DNA of 64,000 nt, taken from Polyangiaceae bacterium. Its GTDB lineage: Bacteria > Myxococcota_A > Polyangia > Polyangiales > Polyangiaceae. Location of the stretch: contig DASXZL010000050.1 in NCBI GenBank assembly GCA_036501935.1, positions 6,620-70,619 of the forward strand, in the 5' to 3' direction. Numbering within the stretch: the stretch's first letter is position 1; the number at the start of each line of letters is the position of its first letter. This document shows positions 19,008 through 28,876 of this stretch, in pieces. The translations under genes and the position numbers were made by a program. The notes below the pieces were generated by a model. The model was given only the letters and a program-made list of their open reading frames with translations. It ran no database searches and was not told the DNA's origin.

Positions 19008-20063
19008 TCAGAGAACGAGGTACCGGCCCTGTCGCAGCAGCGGCGCGCCGTCGAGGTCGACGTCGGCCTGCGTCCCCGCCATCGACAGCTGCGTCGGCGC
19101 GTCCCATCCGGCGCCCGTCTGGTCGGCCAGCGTCGCCCCGAAGGCGAGGTGCAGGCCCGGCACGTTCTGATCGCTCACGACCTCGCCCGTCGCCTCGTGC
19201 ATCCCGATGTTCGTGCCGAGGACCACCATTCCGACGCGCTCGGCGTTGCGCTCCGTTCGCAAAAACCCTTCCACCGCGCTCGCCAGCCCGCGGTCGATGC
19301 ACTGCACCGATCGGCACGCCCCCGACTTGATCTCCATCTTGACCGGCGAGCGCGCGAGCAGCCCCGCCGTCGCGCCGAGCGGGCTCCCCATGCTCGCGTC
19401 GGCGACGAAGACCCCGTTGACGTCGGCGGGGCACGTGAAGAGCTCCCCGCTCGGCAGGTTCTCCCAGCGCCCCGGTCGGACGATGCCGACGCGCTCCTGC
19501 CAGCGGAACTGCGGGCCGAGCTTCACCTCGAGGTCGCTGCCGGCGGGGGACCGCAGGCGGAGGACCGAGTCCGGGCGCATGCGCGTGCGGACGGCCCGCG
19601 TGGCGTCGAGGATGCGCTGAGGATCGACGCTGAACCCCGCGAGCATCGTGCGCCGGCCGACGCCGATCATGTGGGCATGACGGAGGCGAAGCTCGGTGAC
19701 GAGCCTCGCGTACTCCAGACGCATCTGCCACTCGCCCTCTTCGAAGCCGATGAGGAGCACGCTCGCCTGCGCGCGGGACAGCTCGGCCCGCAGCTGGTCG
19801 GGCAGATTCCTCACGGGACGTCGCGCGAGCTTCTCGAGGACCACGACCTCGGCCTCCGCGCGCACGCTGCGCGTGATCTCCGCCAGCGTCGCGCCGAGCG
19901 GCTCGCGCGCGACGTCGACCACGATGACCACACGATCGCCGGCCACGACGCCGAGCGAAGTCTCGATCACCCGGCGCGCGGCGCTCGCCAGATCGAAATC
20001 GATCTCGGGCAGGCGCAGCCCGAGGGGGGTACGCGACCGAGGCGGTGGCCGGCTGGTCGGCAC
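19008..20063 (-). CDS. Aminopeptidase, M29 (AmpS/aminopeptidase T)-like
   Basis: Overall similarity by eye to M29 thermophilic metalloprotease family blocks (…GTNIGMHEATGEVVSDQNVPGLHLAFG…). Assignment is moderate. Confidence 0.55.
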   Translation of the reverse strand: MPTSRPPPRSRTPLGLRLPEIDFDLASAARRVIETSLGVVAGDRVVIVVDVAREPLGATLAEITRSVRAEAEVVVLEKLARRPVRNLPDQLRAELSRAQASVLLIGFEEGEWQMRLEYARLVTELRLRHAHMIGVGRRTMLAGFSVDPQRILDATRAVRTRMRPDSVLRLRSPAGSDLEVKLGPQFRWQERVGIVRPGRWENLPSGELFTCPADVNGVFVADASMGSPLGATAGLLARSPVKMEIKSGACRSVQCIDRGLASAVEGFLRTERNAERVGMVVLGTNIGMHEATGEVVSDQNVPGLHLAFGATLADQTGAGWDAPTQLSMAGTQADVDLDGAPLLRQGRYLVL

Positions 20064-20101
20064 GAGGGCGAGCCTAGCTCAAGTGACGAGCTGCCGGGCC
20101 A

Positions 20102-20698
20102 TCAGGGATAACAGCTCGAGCTCGTCCCGCTCGACTTGCACCCGTGAGCGCAGGCCACGCTCTGGACGACGTTCCCGCTCTGGCACTGGATGAGAAAGTC
20201 CGCGTTGACGGCGGGAAACCCCGCGAGGTCGCGACCGCAATAGGTGCCGGCGGGGTTCCCTGGGCAGGGGTTGCACGCGTCGGGGAAGGGCGCCGGCAAG
20301 GGCAAGCACCCTCCGTCGCAGAAGGTCGCCTTGGCGATGCCGCCGTCGTCGCACTGGACGAGATCGTTCGGCGACCCCGCGTAGCCGTGGAGCCCGTCCT
20401 CCGCGCAGTAGAACCCGCTCGCGAGGGCCGCGCACGGCGCGTAGTGATCCGGCCCGGCGTCGACGGCTGCGTCGATGGGGGTCGCGTCCTTGCTTGCGTC
20501 CGCCGTCGCATCCGGCCGCACGTCCGCGGCGGCCTCGCTGACGACCACGTCCTCCGTCGGCAAAGACGCGTCGTCCCCGCAGAACCCGCCGTCGCATCCG
20601 CCGCCCCCCGCCTCGTCGTGGAACTGGACGAGGAGCGTGCAGGACGCCGTGAGCGCCGCGGCGGCCGTCGCGAGACCGAGGCAGCCGCGCAAGCCCAT
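20102..20698 (-). CDS. Secreted Cys-rich lipoprotein with internal C-terminal duplication
   Basis: Track ORF 20102..20857 trimmed to ATG 20698, giving the lipobox MGLRGCLGLATAAAALTASC. Two similar modules are present: GFYCAEDGLHGYAGSPNDLVQCDDGGIAKATFCDGGC and GTYCGRDLAGFPAVNADFLIQCQSGNVVQSVACAHGC. Confidence 0.55.
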   Translation of the reverse strand: MGLRGCLGLATAAAALTASCTLLVQFHDEAGGGGCDGGFCGDDASLPTEDVVVSEAAADVRPDATADASKDATPIDAAVDAGPDHYAPCAALASGFYCAEDGLHGYAGSPNDLVQCDDGGIAKATFCDGGCLPLPAPFPDACNPCPGNPAGTYCGRDLAGFPAVNADFLIQCQSGNVVQSVACAHGCKSSGTSSSCYP

Positions 20699-20750
20699 CA
20701 AGCATCCATTGTACCGATCGCCTGACCACGCGATCGCCCGATCCGCTACC

Positions 20751-23700
20751 ATGGCCGGCATGCCGCAGCAGCGCGCCGGGAGCGAGCCTGAGACGCTCTC
20801 CGGAAGCGTGCTCGACGAGGCCGAGATCGAGGAGGAGCTCGACGACCTCGGATCCATCGACCGGCTCCTGGCCGAGACCGATCAGGGCTGGGACATCGAC
20901 GCGCAGGTGCAAACGCTGAAGGCGGCCGCCGGAACGCGCCCCCTCGGCGAGCAGAGCGGGGCGACCGGCATGCGCCCCCGCCTGCCCTCGCATGCCCTCC
21001 ACATCCCCACGCCGTTCGAGCTCGGCCCGACGCAGATCACCGCGGCCCGCTCCTCGGGGGCCCTGCCGACCGAGCCCTCCCCGAGCCCGCAGCGCATCGG
21101 CGGCAAGCAGGCGTCGAAGGCCCCCCCGCCACTCCCACGCAAGGGCCCGCCGCCCCTTCCGCCCCCCAGCGCGACGCGGCCCGAGCCGTCGCCGGTGCGT
21201 CTTCCTGCCGACATGTCGCAGCCCGGGGCGCTCGTCGACCTGCTGCACGCGCGGGTGACGACGCTCGAAGGGACGGACGACCGGGTCGGCCTCGCGCGCG
21301 CCCACATGGAGCTCGCCATCGCGAGCGAGGCCATCCTGGGGGACGACGCGCGGGCGATGCTCCACGCGGAGTCGGCGCTGAAGGTCGACCCTTCGTCGGC
21401 CGCAGCCCACGCGATGCTGCGGCGAAAGCGCCACGCTCGCGGGGCGCTGGCGACGATGCTCCAGCACCTGGAGGCGGAGCTCATGGCCGCCACGAGCGAG
21501 CCGCACAAGGTCGAGCTGCTCGCCGAGAAAGCTCGCCTGCTCGAGGCCGTCGGCGATCGCGGCCCGGAGGTGCGCGTCACCTGGGAGCAGGCGTTGGTGC
21601 ATGCGCCCAACCACGCCGCCGCGCTGAAGGGGCTGGAGGTCGAGCTCCTCGCGCGGGCCATGGCGAGCGACGCCGCGCAGGACTGGGAGGCGCTCGCGGT
21701 GCACCTCGGGCGCATGGCCGACGCGTACGGATCGGAGAAGCGGCTGGCTTCCTGGCTGCACGTCGAGCGGGCCGACATCCTCGAGCGGCGCCTCGGACGC
21801 CTCGACGCGGCACGCGGCGCGCTCGAGCGCGCACTGGAGCTCGATCCCAGCGTGGGCCCCGTGCGCGACGCGCTCGTGCGACACGTCGCCGCCCATTCGG
21901 ACTGGGGCGAGCTCGCGCGGCTGCTCGAGGAGGAGGCCCGCATCGAATCGACGGTCGCGCGCGCCGCACGCCTGGAGCTCGACGCGGCCGCCATCTGCGC
22001 CGCGCGTCTCAGCGACCGCGCGCGGGCGTGCGATCTGCTCGAGCGCGCCGCGGGCCGTGCGCCGACGACGCCCGGCATCGACCACCGCGTGCTCGACGAG
22101 CTGGTGCGGCTGCACGAGGGCGAGGGCCGCTGGACGGAGGCCGCGCGGGCCCGGCGGGCGCGCATCCGCTACGTGACCGACCCCGCGGCGATCGCTTACG
22201 AGCTCCGCGCTTTGGCCGCCACGGCGGAGAAGGACGGCGATCTCGAGTCGGCGATCGCCGACGTGCAGCGCGCGCTCGCGGTCGACGCGACGGATCCCAC
22301 GTTGGTCGAGATCCTCGACCGACTGCTCGCCACGACCGGCAAGCACGACCAGCGCATCGCGACCTGGCTGCAGGAGGGCGCGCGCACCGAGGACGGCGTG
22401 CGGCGCTCCAAGGCGCTGGCCCGCGCGGCGCAGATCTGCGACGACCTCGGGCGACCCGCGGACGCCGTGCGGCACCTGCGGTCGGCGTGGATCGCAGCGC
22501 CCGGCGACGCCGAGGTCCTCGACTCGCTCGCGCGCCTGCTGTCCCCCGTCCTCTCCGAGGCCGTCGACGCGGGAGCGCGGTCGCTGGTGGAGCTCTACGC
22601 GCAGGCGGCCGAGCATGCGCGCGACCCGGGCCGCAAGGTGGCCTACCTCGAGAAGGTGGCGCTGCTCTGGGAGGAGCTCCTCGGCGATCCGGCCCGCGCC
22701 GCGCGCGCCTACGAGCAGGTGCTCGAGCTCGAGAAGGACCGCCGCACCGCGCTGCTCGGCCTCCAGCGGACCGCGGCGCGCATGGGGGACGCGAGGACGC
22801 TCGCCCGCGCCCTCCTCGACGAGGCGCGCGTGGCCTCGGACGGGGCGACGCGCCTCTCGCTACGGACCCGTGCCGCCGGGGCGCTCGCGAAGACCGATCC
22901 CGCGCGCGCCATGCAGCTCGTTCGCGAGGTGCTCCACGAGGACCCGGCCCACGCCGGCGCACGCGCTCTGGAGACGCGTCTCGAGGAGGAGGCTGGCCGC
23001 TGGGAGCTGGCCGCCAAGTCCCTCCACGCGCGCATCGATCACGCGTCGACCGGCGCGGAGAAGGTCGCCCTCTGGCTCGCGCTCGCGCAGATGCAGCACG
23101 CGCGCCTCCACAGGCCCCTCGACGCCATGCAGTCGCTCGAGCACGCGCGCGGCATCGATCCCGCTCACCCCGTGCCACCCCAGGAGATCGCGCGTGTCCT
23201 CGAGGACCACGGAGACGCCCGCGAGCTGCGCGACGCGATCGAGCGCCTGGCCAGCCACGCGAGCACCCCCGAGGATCGAGCGCGGCACCTGACACGCGCG
23301 GCCGAGATCGACGAGCTGCGGCTGAGCGACGACGCCTCGGCGATGCGCACCTACCAGCGCGCGCTCGCGGAGATGCCCGACGACGATCTGGCGGCCGAGC
23401 GCCTCTCGCGCGTCGTGGCCCGGCGGGGAAAGAACGCCGTCGGCGGCGGACTGGGCGAGCTCGCGACGCTTCTTGCGAAACGCATCGAGCGCGCGTCGTC
23501 TCCCGGGGCCGCGCAGGCGATGTCCTTCGAGCTGGCGGCGCTGCTCGTGCAGATGCACCTGGAGCCTGCCCGGGCGACGTCCTTGCTGGAGGGGCTGCTC
23601 GCCGAGCAGGGCGACCACGTGCCGGCCCTCCGCACGCTCGAGTCGCTGCGAAGGCGGGCCGGAGAGCCCGCGCCGCTCGCGCGCGTGCTGACGCGGGAGG

Positions 23701-26366
23701 GCGAAGCGCTGAACGACGCGCGGGCCCGCCTCGGGGCCCTGTGGAACCTGGCGGCGCTCGAGGAGTGGAAGCTCCCCGTCGGGGATCCGGCGCAGACCTA
23801 CCGGAACATCCTCGAGCTCGACCCCACGGACCCGGGGGCGCTCGACGCGACGCTGCGCCGCGAGCTCGGAAACGCCCGCCGCGGCGATCCCCGCTCGCGG
23901 AAGACCGTCATCGGCGCCCTCCGCGCCCTCGTACCCTTCGCGTCGGACGACGACACGCGGCTGGCACTGCAGCTTCGCCTGGCGCTCCTGCTGGAGACCG
24001 CAGCCGACGAGACGCCCGAGACGCTCGCGTCGGAGGACATGTCCCGCGAAGCCCTCACGCGCTACCGCGACGCCCTGCGGACCGACGAGCTCTCCGTCAC
24101 GGCGTCGACGTCGGTCGCGCGCCTGGCAGGCCGGCTGATGGACACCGAGGCCGCGCTGGCGGCCGCTCGCTCGCTCGCCGAGCTGGCGATCGAACCCCGC
24201 GTGCGGTCGCGCTACCTCGTCGACGCCGCGGAGCTGCTCCTCGGCCCGGACGACGACGACCGCCTGGGCCGCGTCTCGGAGCGCCGCGCACAGGCGGCCG
24301 TCGTGCTCGAGAGGGCGCTCGACGCCGACGCGGACTCGATCCCCGCCGCCGGGCGCCTCGCCACGGTGCTGCTCGAAGATCACCAGGGAGAGCGGCTGGT
24401 GAGCGCCTTCCGGAACGCCCTCGGGCGCGCGAAGTCGCCGGACGCCGTCGTCATGCTCGGCTCCGAGATCGCTCGCGTGGCGCGCGACGAGCTGCAGGAC
24501 CTCACCGTGGCCATCGACGCCATGCGCAGGGTGCGCGCGTCCGCCCCGCAGCACGTGCCATCCCTGCTCACGCTGGCCGAGCTGTGCATCGCACAGCGCT
24601 CGTGGCCGGAGGCCGTCGACGCCCTCGAAGCTGTGGTCTCGACGAGCCGCGAGGTCCCTCCCAAGCTGACGGCGCTCTTCGCCCTCGCGAGCATCTACGA
24701 GCGCGTCCTCGCGCGACCGGACGACGTGGACCGCGTCCTGCGCGCCGCCCTCGCCATCGACCCCAGCAACGCGCGCGCCCTCCGCGCGCTGCTCCGCCGG
24801 ATCGCCGCCGAGGCCGTCGAGGACAGCGACTCGGCGCAGCGCGAGCGGCGCGAGGAGCTCGCCGACCTCCTCGGACGCCTCGCGCAGGTGGAGAAGGACC
24901 CCGAGCAGAAGACGGGCATCCTTCAGGAGCTGGCCGAGGTGAACCAGCGCCTCGGCGACCGGCAGGGGGCCGAGCGCGCGCTCATCGAGGCGGTCGCGAC
25001 GCTGCCGTCGAACGCGCGCGCCTTCGCGCGCCTGGCGGGGCTCTTCCGGCGACCCGAGGGCCGCGATGCCACCGGCTACGCGCGCGCCCTCGCCGGGGTC
25101 ATCGGCCTCGGGCAGGAGCTCGGGCACGTCGACGCGCGCTGGTTCGCCGCGCTCGGCACGCTGGAGATCCAGCAGCTCCAGCGGCTGCGCGACGGCATCC
25201 TGCACTTGCAGCGGGCGATCGCGCTCGATCCGACGCTCTACGAGACGCGCTTCGAGCTGGCGAGCGCGTTCGCGAAGATGGGCGCCAACGAGGAAGCGTC
25301 GCGGGCTCTCCTCTCCATGATGGCGCCGACGCCGCACCCGCTCCTCTCCATCGCCGATCCGGCCGCGGGCCTGGCCCTGCTCGAGCAGACGCTCTCGAAA
25401 GAGCGGCGGGTCGACGAGGCCGTCGTCGTGAGCGAGCTGCGGGCCCTCAGCGGAGAGCTCGACGACGGTCGCAAGGCCTGGCTGCGCGCCCGCCGGCTGC
25501 CTCCGCTCGATTCGCAACACGGCACGCTCGACCGGACCGCGCTCGTCAACCACGTGCTCCCGCCCGAGGGCCGACACATCCTGCTCGAGGTCGCCGTCGC
25601 GGTGGCCGGCCTCGAAGCCAAGATGATGCGGAGCGATCTGTCCGAGCTCGGCATCTCGTCGCGCGATCGGATCACCTCGCGCAGCGGCCACCCGACGCGC
25701 GTCATCCTCGATCGCGTCGCGCGGCAGATGGGCGTAGGCGAGGTCGAGCTGGCCGTCGCGCCGTCGGTGACACGCACCCGCGTGCTCTCGCAGGACGTGC
25801 CGTGGGTGGTCGTCCCGCCGTCGCTCGTCGAGCAGACCGAGATGGCGCAGACCGCGAGCATCGCGCGGGCCGTGGCGCGCATCGCGTTCGGCGTGCCCTG
25901 GCTCGAGGAGCTGGCGCCGCCGCACATCGAGGGGCTCCTCGTCGCCGCCGCCCGCCAGGCCGTCCCCGGCTACGGCGCGGACGACATCGACGTGCTGACG
26001 CAAAAGCTCGTCGCGCAGCACGAGCCGACCATCGGGAAGCTCCTCACGCGCCGGCAGAAGAAGCAGCTCGAAGAGCTGGCGCCGCACATCGCGTCGCCGC
26101 AGTCACGCCCTCCGCACGCCGACGCCTTCGTCAACGCGCTCGCGCGCGCCGAGCTCCGGACGGCGTTCGTCGTGACGGGCGACCTGCTGACGATGGTCGA
26201 CGAGATGCGCCCGCTCGATCAGAGCCTGCATCGGGCCACCGATTCGTCCGGCCCGAACGCGCTGGCCGCGGTGCTCGGGCATGCATTCGCCGGCGACGTC
26301 GTCCGCTACGCGCTCACCCCCGAGGCGACCGCGCTGCGCCGCCGCCTCGGGTCGACCTGGACCTAG
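20751..26366 (+). CDS. Giant (1871 aa) TPR/helical-repeat protein
   Basis: Track ORF 20475..26366 trimmed to ATG 20751 (MAGMPQQRAG). It starts with an acidic, Pro-rich N-terminus. About 1.5 kaa of Ala/Leu/Arg/Glu-rich helical repeats follow, with TPR-like spacing (…ALELDP…, …AIALDP…, …ALAVDA…). Confidence 0.7.
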   Translation: MAGMPQQRAGSEPETLSGSVLDEAEIEEELDDLGSIDRLLAETDQGWDIDAQVQTLKAAAGTRPLGEQSGATGMRPRLPSHALHIPTPFELGPTQITAARSSGALPTEPSPSPQRIGGKQASKAPPPLPRKGPPPLPPPSATRPEPSPVRLPADMSQPGALVDLLHARVTTLEGTDDRVGLARAHMELAIASEAILGDDARAMLHAESALKVDPSSAAAHAMLRRKRHARGALATMLQHLEAELMAATSEPHKVELLAEKARLLEAVGDRGPEVRVTWEQALVHAPNHAAALKGLEVELLARAMASDAAQDWEALAVHLGRMADAYGSEKRLASWLHVERADILERRLGRLDAARGALERALELDPSVGPVRDALVRHVAAHSDWGELARLLEEEARIESTVARAARLELDAAAICAARLSDRARACDLLERAAGRAPTTPGIDHRVLDELVRLHEGEGRWTEAARARRARIRYVTDPAAIAYELRALAATAEKDGDLESAIADVQRALAVDATDPTLVEILDRLLATTGKHDQRIATWLQEGARTEDGVRRSKALARAAQICDDLGRPADAVRHLRSAWIAAPGDAEVLDSLARLLSPVLSEAVDAGARSLVELYAQAAEHARDPGRKVAYLEKVALLWEELLGDPARAARAYEQVLELEKDRRTALLGLQRTAARMGDARTLARALLDEARVASDGATRLSLRTRAAGALAKTDPARAMQLVREVLHEDPAHAGARALETRLEEEAGRWELAAKSLHARIDHASTGAEKVALWLALAQMQHARLHRPLDAMQSLEHARGIDPAHPVPPQEIARVLEDHGDARELRDAIERLASHASTPEDRARHLTRAAEIDELRLSDDASAMRTYQRALAEMPDDDLAAERLSRVVARRGKNAVGGGLGELATLLAKRIERASSPGAAQAMSFELAALLVQMHLEPARATSLLEGLLAEQGDHVPALRTLESLRRRAGEPAPLARVLTREGEALNDARARLGALWNLAALEEWKLPVGDPAQTYRNILELDPTDPGALDATLRRELGNARRGDPRSRKTVIGALRALVPFASDDDTRLALQLRLALLLETAADETPETLASEDMSREALTRYRDALRTDELSVTASTSVARLAGRLMDTEAALAAARSLAELAIEPRVRSRYLVDAAELLLGPDDDDRLGRVSERRAQAAVVLERALDADADSIPAAGRLATVLLEDHQGERLVSAFRNALGRAKSPDAVVMLGSEIARVARDELQDLTVAIDAMRRVRASAPQHVPSLLTLAELCIAQRSWPEAVDALEAVVSTSREVPPKLTALFALASIYERVLARPDDVDRVLRAALAIDPSNARALRALLRRIAAEAVEDSDSAQRERREELADLLGRLAQVEKDPEQKTGILQELAEVNQRLGDRQGAERALIEAVATLPSNARAFARLAGLFRRPEGRDATGYARALAGVIGLGQELGHVDARWFAALGTLEIQQLQRLRDGILHLQRAIALDPTLYETRFELASAFAKMGANEEASRALLSMMAPTPHPLLSIADPAAGLALLEQTLSKERRVDEAVVVSELRALSGELDDGRKAWLRARRLPPLDSQHGTLDRTALVNHVLPPEGRHILLEVAVAVAGLEAKMMRSDLSELGISSRDRITSRSGHPTRVILDRVARQMGVGEVELAVAPSVTRTRVLSQDVPWVVVPPSLVEQTEMAQTASIARAVARIAFGVPWLEELAPPHIEGLLVAAARQAVPGYGADDIDVLTQKLVAQHEPTIGKLLTRRQKKQLEELAPHIASPQSRPPHADAFVNALARAELRTAFVVTGDLLTMVDEMRPLDQSLHRATDSSGPNALAAVLGHAFAGDVVRYALTPEATALRRRLGSTWT

Positions 26367-26914
26367 GGCTTTGCGACGCAGATCCCCTGCTCGCACGCGA
26401 GGCCGAGGTCGCACGCCCAGCCGGGCGGGCAGCTCTCGCCGGGCTGGCGCGCCCCGGAGCAACCGCGCAGCCCACCGACGCAGTCGGCGTGCATGATGAC
26501 GTCACCGGGCTGGCTTCCGGGGAAGACGACGATCCAGGTCCCGTCCTCGACCGGATCGATGTCCTCCAGCGCGAAGCCCGACGTCGCGTCGACGGGGATC
26601 TCCAGCGTCACCGTTCCGTCGTTTCTCGCGCGCCACACCTCGAACCGCAGCGGCGATCCGTCCGGCGTCACCACCTCCAGCTCGAGCTGCGATCCTCCGA
26701 GGAGCCCCATCGTCGCCAGCGCCGGGGAAGCCCCGAGCGTGACGTGGTTGTCCGTCCCGACGTAGGCGCGCTGTTCGGTCGCGCCCGCCTCGAGCGCCGA
26801 CATCGTCGACGCCTCCTTCGATGCCGATCCGACCCCCGCGGTGATCCCCCCGCAGCCGGCCGCGCAGATCACGGCCATCGCCCCCGCGAGCGCGGGGAAC
26901 GTAGTGCGGTTCAT
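26363..26914 (-). CDS. Hypothetical lipoprotein with Cys-rich C-terminus
   Basis: Lipobox VICAAGC. C-terminal knot-like segment CVGGLRGCSGARQPGESCPPGWACDLGLACEQGIC. It converges on and overlaps the TPR gene stop by 4 nt. Confidence 0.55.
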   Translation of the reverse strand: MNRTTFPALAGAMAVICAAGCGGITAGVGSASKEASTMSALEAGATEQRAYVGTDNHVTLGASPALATMGLLGGSQLELEVVTPDGSPLRFEVWRARNDGTVTLEIPVDATSGFALEDIDPVEDGTWIVVFPGSQPGDVIMHADCVGGLRGCSGARQPGESCPPGWACDLGLACEQGICVAKP

Positions 26915-27009
26915 GGAGCTCTCTCCTTGTGTCCCGAAGGGTTGCCCCGGGAATCCGTGCCTCTACCGACCGGTGGTGACGCAATGCGTAAGGCCCACCG
27001 GCGGACCCG

Positions 27010-28842
27010 TCAAGGGGCCGTGACGAGCCCGGCGCGGACGAGCTGGAGCGTGCCCTCGACGCCCTTCACGTGGGCCTCGAGCCGCTCCTTCTCGACGAGG
27101 CGTTTGCGGTCGGCGGGAGCGAGGGACTCGAACACCATGCCGGGCATCACGATCTCGCCCGACCCGGCGAGGTGCTGCACCCGCGAGGCGACGTTGACCG
27201 TCTGGCCGAAGTAATCGAGCGCGCCGTTCGCGGTGACCACGTAACAGGCCCCGGCGAAGAGCCCGAGCTTCAGCCCCACGAGACCGCCGTGCTTCTCTTT
27301 CGCGCGAAACGCCTCGAAGCGCTCCAGCGCGTCGATCGCCGCCCGGGCGCACTGCGTGGCGTCGACGAAGGCCGCAAGCACCGCGTCGCCCATCGTCTTC
27401 ACGAAGACCCCGTCGTGCGCGTCGACCACGGCGCGGATGACGTCGAAGTGATCGTCGACCAGCCGGAACGCCGCCGCGTCGCCCACCTGCGTGTAGAGCG
27501 CCGTCGACCCCGTGAGATCGCTGAAGAGGACCGCCGCGCGCGCCACCTTGAGGGGCGTCCCGCGCTTCAGCAGCTCGCTCGAGAAGATGGTCCGGAACTC
27601 GCCCAGCGTCGACACGATGTGCGCCGTGGCCGCGGTGCTGGCGAAGGTCAGCCGCTCGATCTTCACGTGACGCGCGTCCTCGCACGTCGACTGGACGCGG
27701 AGCTCCCCGCCCGGCGCCGCGTGCAGCTGCGTCGGGTGCACGGCGCCCTGGTCGATGGTCACGTCGACCTCCCGCGCGCCGCCCTCGCCGACCTCCAGCG
27801 TCGCCGCGGCCCCGCCGCGCGCGAACACGCGGTAGCGCCCGGCCTCACGCGGCACGTCGAGCGAACGCGTCGCGCCCGCTTCGATCGTCCCTTGCACGAG
27901 CACGTGCGGCGTCCGGGCCGGGCCCCCCATGCAGAACATGGCGTCCGGCACGCCGCGCACCGCCGGGTGCGGAAGGAACGTGGCCTCGACGGCGCGGTCG
28001 AGATCGAGATCGAACGTGATGTCGCAGAGCTGGCAGTGCCCCTCCGGCTTGATGTCCTCGAGCGCGCGGGCCTGCTGCGACGACGTCATGCAGCTCGGGC
28101 AGATGATCCCCCAGCGCATCTCGACCAGCCCCGCCGGGACCGCCTTGAGGAAGGCGCGCAGCACGTCGCGCCGCTCGTCGCCCCAGGCGTCGGCGAAAGC
28201 GAAGGGACGCATCCGCACGAGGTCCGCGTCCGGCGCGTCGCGCACGAGCACGCCGAGCTTGTCGGCCAGCTCCGGGGCCACCGCGTCGTCCTTCAGCCGC
28301 TGCACCGCCGCGGCGATGCGCTGCTCGTCCGCCGGCGAGGCCGGCTTCACGTACGGGCTCGACGCGCCCTCGACGACGTGCGCGTCGACGAGGGCGCCCA
28401 GCTTGGCGAACTTCGCCGTGAAGAGCCGCGCGTTCAGCCACGCGACGGGTATGAACACGGCGTACCGCGGGACGATCTCCATCCGCACCGTCGCCCGCGT
28501 CCCGCCCTCCAGCGCGCCGGCCCCGTCGCCCGCGCTCGTCGCCTCCAGCGTGCACCGCCACGTGTACGACGCGATGGGCCCTCCGCGCATCCGCCGGTGC
28601 ACGCCGAAGGTCCGCTGGTGGCTCCACTCGAAAGGGAACTCCTCGTAGGTCAGCTTGAAGCCGCCCGCGCGCGTCTCGGCGACGAAGCGCGCGCTCGACG
28701 TGCTCCCGTCCTCGATGGGCCGGTACCGGACGTCGTGGCTCCCGATGAGGCGGTTGAACCGCTCGGTGTCGCACAGGAACGGCCACGCGCGCTCCGGCGG
28801 GGCGGCGAGGACCACCGAGCGCGTCACCACGATCGCGCGCAT
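27010..28842 (-). CDS. Class III adenylate/guanylate cyclase with N-terminal SRPBCC-like domain and central four-Cys segment
   Basis: Track ORF 27010..29787 trimmed to ATG 28842 (MRAIVVTRSV). The C-terminal cyclase domain has AVLFSDLTGSTALYTQVGD, VKTMGDAVLAAF and FGQTVNVASRVQ. The central segment is ICPSC-x21-CQLC. Confidence 0.8.
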   Translation of the reverse strand: MRAIVVTRSVVLAAPPERAWPFLCDTERFNRLIGSHDVRYRPIEDGSTSSARFVAETRAGGFKLTYEEFPFEWSHQRTFGVHRRMRGGPIASYTWRCTLEATSAGDGAGALEGGTRATVRMEIVPRYAVFIPVAWLNARLFTAKFAKLGALVDAHVVEGASSPYVKPASPADEQRIAAAVQRLKDDAVAPELADKLGVLVRDAPDADLVRMRPFAFADAWGDERRDVLRAFLKAVPAGLVEMRWGIICPSCMTSSQQARALEDIKPEGHCQLCDITFDLDLDRAVEATFLPHPAVRGVPDAMFCMGGPARTPHVLVQGTIEAGATRSLDVPREAGRYRVFARGGAAATLEVGEGGAREVDVTIDQGAVHPTQLHAAPGGELRVQSTCEDARHVKIERLTFASTAATAHIVSTLGEFRTIFSSELLKRGTPLKVARAAVLFSDLTGSTALYTQVGDAAAFRLVDDHFDVIRAVVDAHDGVFVKTMGDAVLAAFVDATQCARAAIDALERFEAFRAKEKHGGLVGLKLGLFAGACYVVTANGALDYFGQTVNVASRVQHLAGSGEIVMPGMVFESLAPADRKRLVEKERLEAHVKGVEGTLQLVRAGLVTAP

Positions 28843-28876
28843 CCTGGCGAGGGTATCACGCGCTACGATCGGGGGA

